NCBI GenBank assembly: GCA_963675915.1
Contig: OY780959.1
Location: forward strand, 2,040,001-2,072,000
Length of the DNA: 32,000 nt
From: Coprobacillaceae bacterium
GTDB lineage: Bacteria > Bacillota_I > Bacilli_A > Erysipelotrichales > Coprobacillaceae
Direction of reading: 5' to 3'
The notes under the pieces are model-generated. The model was not told the origin of the DNA. It worked only from the letters and a program-made list of their open reading frames with translations, and did no database searches. Position numbers and translations under genes: made by a program. Below, piece by piece: positions 15,536 to 24,642 of the stretch (the first letter of the stretch is position 1; every line of letters starts with the position of its first letter).

Positions 15536-16765
15536 TTAGTCTTTTATCGCTCTAAAGATATCCATCAATTTCATTCTGTTACCGTAATGCATTACCCCGA
15601 GACGGTAAATTTTTGCCGCCAACATCCCGATAATGATAGTTGTCAGAATCAGGATACCGACCGATATCATAATTTGATACAGGGGAACCACGCTCATTCC
15701 GATTCTTGCCAACATCGCCAAGGGAGCGAAAAACGGGAAGAATGAACCAATCATAATTGCCGGCGATACTACGTCACCCGATGTCGTCGAAACCATGGTG
15801 ATTATAAAACCTCCGACAAACAATAGGGTTATCGGCATAACTGCCGGCGATATGTCCTCAACTTTGGAAACTGTCGATCCGACCGCTCCAAAAAGAAAGG
15901 CGTAAAGGAAGAACCCCAAGAGGAAGAACAATATTCCAAAGAAAAGCGTTGAAGTCGAGACATTGAGCAGACTGACAAACGACTGCGCTCCGATGTAATC
16001 GGCATTTACCGTATACCCGATATATCCAGTCAAAATAATAACTAGTATCTGTGACAATCCGGCAACTCCTGATGCAAAAATCTTTCCAAACATCAAACTT
16101 CGAGGTTTGGCACTTGTAATCAACATTTCCATTGCACGGGAAGTTTTCTCGGTAGCCACACTTGTAGCGATTAACTGACCGTAGATCAAAATTGACATAT
16201 ACAAAAACATGATCATAGCATAGGTGAAGAAGAAACTTTCCGATTGGTTGACTCCTATTTCAATTACCTCACTATCCACAAAAGCCGACAGAATCTGATT
16301 GGCCTGAGTCGAAGTCAATCCGTTTTCCTGCATCAGATAACTTTGATACTGAACCCGCATCAGCTGATTCATTATTTCATTATTGGAATCGGTTAGCTGT
16401 TGGCTATCGACGATGTATTGATAACTGTCCACATCATTAACAATGAACCCGCTGTCATATTCACCATTCTTGATTGCTTTTTTTACCCCCTCAAGATCCA
16501 GGTTTGCCACCTCAATGTCGACATCTCCAAAATAGCTTTCCATCATCGCAGCCAGACTTTCTCCCTCAGAAGCATTATCCACCAGGACTATTTTGGTAGT
16601 TCCTGAAGAATCCCCGTCTTCTCCAGTGCTGAAAATATCCTGGAATCGCGGAATCGATGTCACTGCCAGAATTCCTAAAATTGCGACTACCGAAACAATG
16701 ATAAAACTCTTATTTCTAATAAAATTAAGATATTCATGTTTGAATACGATAAAGAATTGACGCAT
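15536..16765 (-). CDS. ABC-2 type transporter permease (NatB-like)
   Basis: N-terminal TM segment, large extracytoplasmic loop, then five C-terminal TM segments. ATG 16765 follows the ATPase stop (TGAGATG) with an AGGAGGG RBS. The track's longer start overlaps the ATPase gene. Confidence 0.75.
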   Translation of the reverse strand: MRQFFIVFKHEYLNFIRNKSFIIVSVVAILGILAVTSIPRFQDIFSTGEDGDSSGTTKIVLVDNASEGESLAAMMESYFGDVDIEVANLDLEGVKKAIKNGEYDSGFIVNDVDSYQYIVDSQQLTDSNNEIMNQLMRVQYQSYLMQENGLTSTQANQILSAFVDSEVIEIGVNQSESFFFTYAMIMFLYMSILIYGQLIATSVATEKTSRAMEMLITSAKPRSLMFGKIFASGVAGLSQILVIILTGYIGYTVNADYIGAQSFVSLLNVSTSTLFFGILFFLLGFFLYAFLFGAVGSTVSKVEDISPAVMPITLLFVGGFIITMVSTTSGDVVSPAIMIGSFFPFFAPLAMLARIGMSVVPLYQIMISVGILILTTIIIGMLAAKIYRLGVMHYGNRMKLMDIFRAIKD

Positions 16766-16766
16766 C

Positions 16767-17657
16767 TCAGATTCCCTCCTTCGTATATTCGACAAAAATG
16801 TCGTTCAAAGACGGCTCAACCACATTGATACTCTCCACTAATACCCCAGTATCAAGAACATCCTTGATCAGACTATTGATTTGAGCTTCGTCTTCCAAAG
16901 TCACAATCAGTTGATCCCCTATTATTTTAGAATCATAATCCAGCTTCCCGATCAATTCTTCATTATCCAGAGAATTGATTTTGATGACATTTCGAGGATA
17001 TGTTTTTTTGATTTTGGAGATATCTCCCTGAATCACGATTCTCCCCTTGTTCAAAATTGCGATTCGCTCACAGAATTCCTCGATCTGAGCCATTTGATGG
17101 CTGGAAAATAAAACAATTTTCCCTTTACCGATCAATTCGATCACAATGTTTTTAAGCAGTTGTGATGTGACAGGATCCAATCCTGAAAAGGGTTCATCCA
17201 GGATTATCACATCCGGGTTGTCGACCAAAGTTGCAATCAACTGGATTTTTTGTTGATTCCCTTTTGAAAGGGTGTCGAGTTTAGCATTGCGGTACTCGGT
17301 CACTTCCAGCTTTTCCAGATAATAATCAATGGACTTGATTGCTTCAGGTTTCTTCATCCCTTTCAACTGAGCAAAATAAATCAATTGTTCAATAATTTTC
17401 TTTTTAGGATACAGTCCCCGCTCCTCAGGCAAATAACCTATTTTGATTTTTTTACGATCAATTGGCTTGCCATCGATAAGAATTTCGCCCTTGTCACTGT
17501 TGAACAGACCAAGAATTATTCTAATCGTGGTAGTCTTTCCGGCTCCGTTGCGGCCTAGAAGTCCCAATGCTTCCCCGGAGTTAACTTTCAAATCAACACT
17601 TTTGAGAACTTCTTTGGCCCCAAAACTTTTTGCTAAATTTCTAATTTCAAAATTCAT
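16767..17657 (-). CDS. ABC transporter ATP-binding protein (NatA-like)
   Basis: Walker A GRNGAGKTT, signature LSKGNQQK, Walker B VIILDEP, and an H-loop His in SSHQM. Confidence 0.9.
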   Translation of the reverse strand: MNFEIRNLAKSFGAKEVLKSVDLKVNSGEALGLLGRNGAGKTTTIRIILGLFNSDKGEILIDGKPIDRKKIKIGYLPEERGLYPKKKIIEQLIYFAQLKGMKKPEAIKSIDYYLEKLEVTEYRNAKLDTLSKGNQQKIQLIATLVDNPDVIILDEPFSGLDPVTSQLLKNIVIELIGKGKIVLFSSHQMAQIEEFCERIAILNKGRIVIQGDISKIKKTYPRNVIKINSLDNEELIGKLDYDSKIIGDQLIVTLEDEAQINSLIKDVLDTGVLVESINVVEPSLNDIFVEYTKEGI

Positions 17658-17728
17658 AGAAAATCTCCTTTATTCTTCAAGGGTAACACATTAGTTACAA
17701 AACAGCAATACCGGTTGTTAAAGTAACC

Positions 17729-17765
17729 AAAAGCGGGCAATTTAACCAATAAATTGTCCGCTTTT
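17729..17765 (-). terminator. Terminator downstream of parB
   Basis: AAAAGCGGGCAATTT (17729-17743) / AAATTGTCCGCTTTT (17751-17765). Confidence 0.75.
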
Positions 17766-17767
17766 AA

Positions 17768-18664
17768 TTAACTTTCTTCAATTACTTCCATTAACTGCAA
17801 TATTCTGTTGAGGTCATCGATATCTCCGTATTTAAGTGTGATGGAGTTGTTGTTGACCACAACCTTTGTGCGAAATTTCTTCCTAATCAGGTTTTCAACA
17901 TATTTTAACTGCTGCGTCTTAGTCTCGCTTTCCGGAGTGCTTTTTGACGCTTTTTCCGGTTGATCGTCTCCAGTACCGTTTTCTGCAATATTTTTTACGA
18001 TATTCTCAACATCACGGACGGATAATTTTTCTTCAACAATCTTATTGGCAAGTTGAGTTGCAAGTTCATCATCGACAGTAACCAATGCTCGGGCATGACC
18101 CATGGTGATCTTGTCTGCCATTACCAAATCCTGAACCGCTTTTGATAAATTAAGCAATCTTAGCGAATTAGTAATATGGCTTCGACTTTTACCGATTTTC
18201 AAAGACAACTCTTGTTGAGTCAACTCAAGACGATCCATTAGAACTTTATATCCCTTAGCCTCTTCAATTGCATTGAGGTTTTCCCGCTGAATATTCTCTA
18301 ACAGGGCGATTTCCATCATATCATTATCACTGATTTCTACGATTATTGCCGGTATCTTATCCAATCCCGCCATTTTAGCAGCACGACAACGACGTTCTCC
18401 GGCAACTATTTCAAAACCATTAACCGATTCTTTTAACAATACCGGCTGAAAAACGCCGTGCTCTTTGATGGAAATAGACAGTTCCTTCAATTTAGTTTTA
18501 TCAAATATTTTCCGGGGTTGATATGGATTAGGTCTGATGTCTGCAAGATTGACATCATAGGAGTCCTTATGACTTACTGCATTTTCGATATCACTGATAA
18601 CCTTATCAATATCCCCTCCGAAAATATTATTCAACCCTTTAGATAACCCTTTATTTTTTGCCAT
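17768..18664 (-). CDS. spo0J: Chromosome partitioning protein ParB/Spo0J
   Basis: ParB box GERRCRAAKMAG, HTH region ELTQQELSLKIGKSRSHITNSLRLL. Overlaps the parA stop by 14 nt. Confidence 0.9.
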   Translation of the reverse strand: MAKNKGLSKGLNNIFGGDIDKVISDIENAVSHKDSYDVNLADIRPNPYQPRKIFDKTKLKELSISIKEHGVFQPVLLKESVNGFEIVAGERRCRAAKMAGLDKIPAIIVEISDNDMMEIALLENIQRENLNAIEEAKGYKVLMDRLELTQQELSLKIGKSRSHITNSLRLLNLSKAVQDLVMADKITMGHARALVTVDDELATQLANKIVEEKLSVRDVENIVKNIAENGTGDDQPEKASKSTPESETKTQQLKYVENLIRKKFRTKVVVNNNSITLKYGDIDDLNRILQLMEVIEES

Positions 18665-19424
18665 TTCTCTTTACCATCTCCTTGGCTAATTTTAGATATG
18701 ATTTAGCTCCTTCGCTGCGATTGTCATAATCAAATATTGCCACTCCCTGACTAGGTGCTTCAGACAAACGAACGTTTCGAGGAATGACAGTTTTATACAC
18801 TTTTTCCTTGAAGTACTTTCTTACTTCCTGGCTGACTTCGATTCCCAAGTTGGTACGGCTGTCGAGCATAGTCAACAAAATTCCCTCAATCGCCAAATTC
18901 TTGTTGAAAACAGATTGAGCCAGCAAAATAGTATTTAATAATTGCGTAAGTCCTTCAAGCGCATAGTACTCACATTGAACCGGAATCAGGACTGAATTGC
19001 AAGCTGCCAAAGCATTTGTATTCAAAAGTCCCAATGCTGGAGGGCAGTCAATAATAATGAAATCATATTCCTTATTCAGGTTTTTGATTGCATTTTTCAG
19101 GCGCTGCTCCCTTCCCACCTTCACATTTGAAAGTTCGATATCAGCTCCGGCAAGCTCAATTGAAGCCGGACAGATATCCAAATTTTCGATATAAGTTTTT
19201 ATTATTACATCATTAATATCCGCGTTTCCAAGTAAAACATCATATGTAGACAAGTCCAATTCATCTTTATTGACCCCTATCCCTTGTGTTGCATTAGCTT
19301 GAGGGTCAGTATCTATTAATAGTACTTTATACTTTAAGCGGCATAAAGCTGCAGACAGGTTGACGCATGTAGTCGTTTTACCTACTCCACCTTTTTGATT
19401 TGTAATTGCTATCGTCTTTGTCAT
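18651..19424 (-). CDS. soj: Chromosome partitioning ATPase ParA/Soj
   Basis: Deviant Walker A NQKGGVGKTT, plus IIDCPP. ATG 19424 lies 5 nt after GGAGG. The track's TTG 19436 start lies within the RBS. Confidence 0.9.
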   Translation of the reverse strand: MTKTIAITNQKGGVGKTTTCVNLSAALCRLKYKVLLIDTDPQANATQGIGVNKDELDLSTYDVLLGNADINDVIIKTYIENLDICPASIELAGADIELSNVKVGREQRLKNAIKNLNKEYDFIIIDCPPALGLLNTNALAACNSVLIPVQCEYYALEGLTQLLNTILLAQSVFNKNLAIEGILLTMLDSRTNLGIEVSQEVRKYFKEKVYKTVIPRNVRLSEAPSQGVAIFDYDNRSEGAKSYLKLAKEMVKRNGKK

Positions 19425-19684
19425 AATAACCTCCAAGTTATTTTATCTTAAAAATTATATCATATTACGCTATCAATTTTAATACTTTTAGAAAATAAAT
19501 AGTTGAAAGCGTGTGCCATTGCGCTCGAATTTATTTGCTATAATTTCATAGGAATCAGCTCAATTTCACTATTTGAACTAGGAAATAATTGATTTTCGTG
19601 ATAAGATTACAATGATTTGAATGAACTTTTGCAACATGATTTTTCAAATGAAGTTCATTTAAAATAGCAAAAAGGAGAAAACAA

Positions 19685-20194
19685 ATGCAGAGAATAGCGA
19701 AATTCGAATTTGTATCCCAAGATCAGTTCACCACTGATTTTATTGATACATTCGCCGTCAGCGAAAGTGAGGCTTTGACCGTATACCAATCACTTGCAAA
19801 GCCTACCAGAGCGACAACCGGATCAGCTGGTTACGATTTTTTATCCCCACTCGACTTTACCTTGGCTCCGGGACAAACTATCAAAATCCCGACAGGAATC
19901 CGCGTCAAAATAAATGACGGATGGTTTTTAGGCATCTATCCGCGCAGCGGTCTTGGTTTTAAATTCCGCTTGCAGCTGAACAATACCGTAGGAATTATCG
20001 ATAGCGATTATTACAATTCCAGCAATCAGGGTCACATCTTCATCAAAATCACAAACGACTCTAACGAAAACAAGACTTTAAAAGTTGAAAAAGGTCAAGG
20101 TTTTGCTCAGGGGATATTCACTCCTTTTGGGATTGTAGAAGATGATGAAGTTTCCACTCTTCGTGACGGGGGCATGGGGTCAACCGACAAATAG
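19685..20194 (+). CDS. dut: dUTP diphosphatase (trimeric dUTPase family)
   Basis: GSAGYDF, RSG, GIIDSDY, and C-terminal motif-5-like RDGGMGST. AAGGAG RBS. Confidence 0.85.
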   Translation: MQRIAKFEFVSQDQFTTDFIDTFAVSESEALTVYQSLAKPTRATTGSAGYDFLSPLDFTLAPGQTIKIPTGIRVKINDGWFLGIYPRSGLGFKFRLQLNNTVGIIDSDYYNSSNQGHIFIKITNDSNENKTLKVEKGQGFAQGIFTPFGIVEDDEVSTLRDGGMGSTDK

Positions 20195-20375
20195 TCGGAA
20201 AGCCATGTGATCAGTAGATATACTTTAACAAGGGAATAGTATAATAATTTCCATATCTAATTCCGTGGTAATATTCCCACTGGACAACAAGTTTTCTTTA
20301 GTGTATACTGTCAATGAAATACATGGATATTTGTTTACCACACACACGACATATAGCCGGTATCTTCTATCATTT

Positions 20376-20397
20376 GGATGCTTTTGCATCCTTTTTT
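20376..20397 (+). terminator. Short hairpin terminator about 180 nt after dut
   Basis: GGATGC (20376-20381), TTTT loop, GCATCC (20386-20391), then T6. Confidence 0.5.
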
Positions 20398-20523
20398 ATT
20401 TACAAAAATTATATATTCATTTCTTATGTGACGAAACCGATTTTTTTGTTATAATATTGAATACAGGTAGTACTTGTAAGTTATTGCTTAGATAATATAT
20501 TTTCTAATTATGGGGGTATCTTT

Positions 20524-21366
20524 ATGAATTCATATTTGGAAGTTGAAAATAGAACTTTTGACGATTTTTATTTGAACTTTTGTGGGATGCAGGAATGTAA
20601 ATCCGACTATGCTTATGGTCCCGCCGTACGACCCACTCATGTCCTTCACTATTGTCTTGAAGGAAGAGGCAAGTACTACGTTGGCGACCGGGTTTATGAA
20701 ATCAAAAAAGGCGATGCGTTTTTGATTATGCCCAATGTTGTGACCTATTACCAGGCCGACAGCGAGGACCCCTGGGCCTATCTGTGGATTAGTTTCTCCG
20801 GTTCAAAGACCGATCAGTACTTGAAAATGTGCAATCTTGGTCCCGATAATCTGGTGATTCACTGTGATTATCTCAATGAACTTCAAGAAACCGTTCAGGC
20901 AATAATTTCAAACAGCAAACTTAGCTATGACAATGATTTTTTCATTCAAGGGCAATTATTTACTTTTTTCAGTTATTTAGCCAAGAGCGCTGACATATCA
21001 TATGAAAAAAATGATGCGGAAAGCTCTAATATATATATATCCAAAGCTATTGAATATATCCAGAATAACTATCAGGGGATGGTTACCGTCAAAGAACTTG
21101 CCGACTATCTTTCTTTAAACCGCAGTTATCTCACGACCCTTTTCAAAAAACATCTTAATGTCTCATTACAGGAATTTTTAATTCAGTACCGGATGTTACG
21201 AGCTGAGGAACTGCTGACTGAAACTGATTTGCCAATCAGTCAAATCGCCTACTCTTGTGGCTATTCGAACCAACTATCATTCTCAAAATCGTTCAACAAT
21301 ACCCATAACATGTCGCCTAGGGATTTTAGAAAATTGAATTCCCCCTCTAATAAGTTATTGGATTAG
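20524..21366 (+). CDS. AraC family transcriptional regulator (cupin sensor plus HTH), likely alpha-galactoside regulator
   Basis: N-terminal AraC-type cupin, C-terminal dual HTH (VKELADYLSLNRSYLTTLFKK ... ISQIAYSCGYSNQLSFSKSF). Convergent with the GH36 gene. Confidence 0.85.
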   Translation: MNSYLEVENRTFDDFYLNFCGMQECKSDYAYGPAVRPTHVLHYCLEGRGKYYVGDRVYEIKKGDAFLIMPNVVTYYQADSEDPWAYLWISFSGSKTDQYLKMCNLGPDNLVIHCDYLNELQETVQAIISNSKLSYDNDFFIQGQLFTFFSYLAKSADISYEKNDAESSNIYISKAIEYIQNNYQGMVTVKELADYLSLNRSYLTTLFKKHLNVSLQEFLIQYRMLRAEELLTETDLPISQIAYSCGYSNQLSFSKSFNNTHNMSPRDFRKLNSPSNKLLD

Positions 21367-21414
21367 CGCCGGCCAGGGACAAAACATGTCCACAATTTTA
21401 TCACTTATCAACGT

Positions 21415-21457
21415 AAAAAAGACTGACTCAGATCATTTGATCACTGTCAGTCTTTTT
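21415..21457. terminator. Bidirectional terminator shared by the AraC and alpha-galactosidase genes
   Basis: AAAAAAGACTGAC (21415-21427) / GTCAGTCTTTTT (21446-21457). Confidence 0.8.
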
Positions 21458-21545
21458 GCATGCTCCAATTACCATAATTATTATGTTATTATTTGTATTT
21501 GATTTTTTACTCGAACGATTAACCCGATATTATAATGAACATTCT

Positions 21546-23771
21546 TTATTTTGCTTTTAGGATATACAATCTTGATAGGTAATCTCCGTTGCGACCATTA
21601 TAGGGCTCACGTGGTTCCCCAGATGATTCATCGCTTGTCAATAATCCCAGATTCATCAACTCATCTCCATAATGTGATGTACCGGTACTTTCAATTTGAT
21701 AATCAATCTCCGGATCAAGTCCCATCAAGCGAACTCGGCGGTAGTTACGGTTAACTTCTTGCAACACTCGGTAATATCCGACAATTGCTTCTTGCTTATC
21801 TTTTGAGACCACCATCCAGACAGTTTCATTACCTTCAAACGGGCTCTTCAACCGATAAAATGTTCCGTATTGAATCAACTGGCGATGTTCTTTCATGAAT
21901 TTTATTTGATTCATTACAATTTCTTTTTCCTCATCATCAAGTTTATTGACGTTAAGTTCATAACCGAATGTCCCAAAATACGCAACATTGGCTCTTGTTT
22001 CAATAGGAGTGTTCCGACGGACTTGATGATTTGGAATCGCCGAAACATGAGAACCCATAGATGAAACAGGATATACCATGCTGGTTCCGTATTGAATTTT
22101 CAAACGCTCTACTGCATCCGTATCATCGCTGGTCCAACATTGCGGTGCATAGTACATCATTCCCGGATCAAATCTGGCTCCGCCGCTGGCACATGATTCA
22201 AATAAAACTTCAGGAAAGCTATTAATCAGTCTTTCGTATAATTCGTATACCCCAAGAATGTATTCATGCATTACTTTTCCCTGGGTTTCGCTTGTATGAC
22301 ATGCTGAATAGACCTCACTCATGCAGCGGTTCATATCCCACTTGATATAAGAAATATCAGCTTCACCAATCACCTTGGCCATCGATTCGTAAATATAATC
22401 AATCACATCAGGATTAGAAAAGTCAAGTACATATTGGTTACGACCATGCCCCGAGATTCTACCTGGAGTTTCCAGCGTCCATTCAGGATGGGTACGATAT
22501 AAGTCGGAATCCTTATTGACCATTTCCGGTTCAAACCATAGCCCGAATTTCATACCTAAATCAGTAATCTTTTTGGCTAGTCCCGTAATTCCATTCGGTA
22601 ATTTGTCGAGGTTTGGAAACCAATCACCTAAGCCGGCGAAGTCATCGTTACGCTTTCCAAACCAACCATCATCGAGCACAAAGAGTTCGATTCCCAGTTC
22701 ATTTGCGGTTGTCGCCATTTCAACAATCTTCTCTTCATCGAAGTCGAAATAAGTTCCTTCCCAATTGTTTATCAAAATCGGACGTACCTGGTCACGGTAG
22801 CTTCCTCTGGCCAGTCTTGTCTGATATAGTTGATGGAAAGTCTGTGACATTTTATTGAGTCCCTGATCACTGTATACCATAACGGCTTCAGGCGTTTGGA
22901 ATTTATCGCCTTTATTTAATTGCCAATTGAAACAGAATGGATGAATTCCCATTGTCACCCGCGACACATCGAAGGCATCTACTTCAACTTGAGCAATGAA
23001 ATTCCCGCTATAAACAAAACTGAATCCCAATGCTTCTCCCGAATACTCGTCACAATTCGTTCTTGCCAGGGCAATGAATGGATTGAATGAGTTTGAAGAA
23101 CAACCTTTTAATGAACCGATTGATTGTGTTCCATGTTCAAGTTTTCTTTTTTTGACTGACCGCTCTCTTGACCAGGCTCCAGTCAACTCAATCATTTCAT
23201 AATCCATATCCGGCAAGTCCAGGGATAGCGACATCGCGCGATTCAAGGTCAGTTGATCTTCTCCTCCATTTACAATCAAAGAGTTTCTCACAATTACCGG
23301 CAAATTCTCATAAATTGTATATGACAGAACGACTTTCAGATCAATCAGTTTGTCTTTTAATGTTATCAGCAAAGTTGTGGCTTCGGATTCTTGCTCGACA
23401 TATGTTGCCGGAAGTTTTTCCAATTTTGGTTTACCTGCAACTACCTCATAACCATGATACTGTAAATCAAGAATCCGGCTTCCGTTGGGTTGACAAATAT
23501 CAATTGCCGGAATTCTCATATCACCGGTACCATATACCGGATATTCCTGTTTGATATGTTCCAACGAAAAAAGACGATCATTTTCATTACGGCACACCGC
23601 CATCGCTCTTGGCCTCATTTCAAACAAATGATCAAAATCATCACGATCCCTGATTTTTTTACCGTAGTACAGTTGCCCCATTTGGTTGTTACTCAAAATT
23701 TTGAAAACATAACTTATTTCTTTATTATACAAGTGAAAAGTCTTGCTTTTTTCATGATAAATTACTGGCAT
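21546..23771 (-). CDS. Alpha-galactosidase, glycoside hydrolase family 36
   Basis: 741 aa with GH36 blocks FVLDDGWF, IKWDMNR, CASGGARFD. GGGAGG RBS. Confidence 0.9.
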   Translation of the reverse strand: MPVIYHEKSKTFHLYNKEISYVFKILSNNQMGQLYYGKKIRDRDDFDHLFEMRPRAMAVCRNENDRLFSLEHIKQEYPVYGTGDMRIPAIDICQPNGSRILDLQYHGYEVVAGKPKLEKLPATYVEQESEATTLLITLKDKLIDLKVVLSYTIYENLPVIVRNSLIVNGGEDQLTLNRAMSLSLDLPDMDYEMIELTGAWSRERSVKKRKLEHGTQSIGSLKGCSSNSFNPFIALARTNCDEYSGEALGFSFVYSGNFIAQVEVDAFDVSRVTMGIHPFCFNWQLNKGDKFQTPEAVMVYSDQGLNKMSQTFHQLYQTRLARGSYRDQVRPILINNWEGTYFDFDEEKIVEMATTANELGIELFVLDDGWFGKRNDDFAGLGDWFPNLDKLPNGITGLAKKITDLGMKFGLWFEPEMVNKDSDLYRTHPEWTLETPGRISGHGRNQYVLDFSNPDVIDYIYESMAKVIGEADISYIKWDMNRCMSEVYSACHTSETQGKVMHEYILGVYELYERLINSFPEVLFESCASGGARFDPGMMYYAPQCWTSDDTDAVERLKIQYGTSMVYPVSSMGSHVSAIPNHQVRRNTPIETRANVAYFGTFGYELNVNKLDDEEKEIVMNQIKFMKEHRQLIQYGTFYRLKSPFEGNETVWMVVSKDKQEAIVGYYRVLQEVNRNYRRVRLMGLDPEIDYQIESTGTSHYGDELMNLGLLTSDESSGEPREPYNGRNGDYLSRLYILKAK

Positions 23772-23884
23772 GATATTCCTCCCTAAACGTTATTTTACTT
23801 TTCCATATCTGAATGGATATGGCCGGTTAATTACTTATGCCTCGTTCGCGCCTTGGAAATTCTCTTCATTCCCTCTAAAAAAAC

Positions 23885-23898
23885 AGTAAACGCTTACT
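23885..23898. promoter_or_regulatory. cre-like CcpA site just downstream of the alpha-galactosidase promoter
   Basis: Minus strand reads AGTAAGCGTTTACT, a near-palindrome fitting TGWAANCGNTNWCA except at both end positions. It lies 7 nt downstream of the -10 element. Confidence 0.5.
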
Positions 23899-23905
23899 CT
23901 AAGAT

Positions 23906-23914
23906 ATTATAACA
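23906..23914 (-). promoter_or_regulatory. Extended -10 promoter element of the alpha-galactosidase gene
   Basis: Minus strand reads TGTTATAAT (TGn-TATAAT). No convincing -35 element. Confidence 0.45.
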
Positions 23915-24014
23915 TTTAGCATCTCAAATAATAGTCGATTATGTTCTTAAAACATGTCCCAATGTTATATTGTTCGGTTATTGAAGCTTAATTACTTTTG
24001 TTAAAAGAAGTACA

Positions 24015-24042
24015 TAAAAAGGATAGACAGAAATGTCTATCC
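24015..24042 (-). terminator. Rho-independent terminator downstream of xpt
   Basis: GGATAGACA (24021-24029) / TGTCTATCC (24034-24042), followed on the minus strand by T5. Confidence 0.8.
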
Positions 24043-24054
24043 TCTTTATGTTTG

Positions 24055-24627
24055 TTATTTCATGAATTCCAGGTCATTATCGCTCATTGATTTGATTTTT
24101 GCCAGTGATTCCACTCTGTATCCTCGTTCTCTGATTTGGTCGCCACCTGGTTGGAAACATTTTTCAATCGCAATTCCCGCACCGACAACTTCGGCCTTGG
24201 CAACTTCAACAATATCGATTAATCCGTTCAAGGCATTCCCGTTGGCAAGAAAATCATCGACGATCAAAATCTTGTCTCCTGGCTGAATATACTTCTTAGA
24301 TACACATACGTCATAAATCCGGTTGTGGGTGTATGACTCGACTTTGGCCATATAGATAGAGCCATCCAGATTTTTGGTTTGGCTTTTTTTGGCGAAAACG
24401 ACCGGACAGTCAAATACATATCCACACATAGTCGCAATCGCAATCCCTGAAGATTCGATTGTCAGAATCTTATTAACTCCGTCATCTTTGAACAGTTCTT
24501 TCAATTCTTCTGCCATCGCCTTAAGCAATTTGACATCCAACTGATGGTTCAAGAAAGAATCTACTTTAAGAATATTTCCTGGGAGAACAGTTCCCAATTC
24601 CATTATTTTTTTTTCTAATAATTCCAT
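24055..24627 (-). CDS. xpt: Xanthine phosphoribosyltransferase
   Basis: 190 aa with N-terminal LKVDSFLNHQLD and PRPP loop ILIVDDFLANGNA, typical of Xpt. Confidence 0.9.
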   Translation of the reverse strand: MELLEKKIMELGTVLPGNILKVDSFLNHQLDVKLLKAMAEELKELFKDDGVNKILTIESSGIAIATMCGYVFDCPVVFAKKSQTKNLDGSIYMAKVESYTHNRIYDVCVSKKYIQPGDKILIVDDFLANGNALNGLIDIVEVAKAEVVGAGIAIEKCFQPGGDQIRERGYRVESLAKIKSMSDNDLEFMK

Positions 24628-24642
24628 AAATTTTACCTCTGT

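Noticed and set aside
15443-15745. 100-aa plus-strand ORF at the deoC/permease junction.
   Set aside because: Antisense to the 3' end of the ABC-2 permease gene. No RBS.
16272-16280. Single DnaA-box-like 9-mers: CTATCCACA here and TGTGGATTA at 20783-20791.
   Set aside because: Isolated one-mismatch hits inside coding regions. There is no cluster and no AT-rich unwinding element, so there is no evidence that oriC lies in this window.
20265-20495. 76-aa ORF in the dut-araC intergenic region.
   Set aside because: GTG start without an RBS. It runs across the 20376-20397 terminator hairpin and an AT-rich promoter region.
23168-23786. 128-aa and 98-aa plus-strand ORFs opposite the alpha-galactosidase gene.
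   Set aside because: Antisense shadows of a well-supported GH36 gene. No translation signals.
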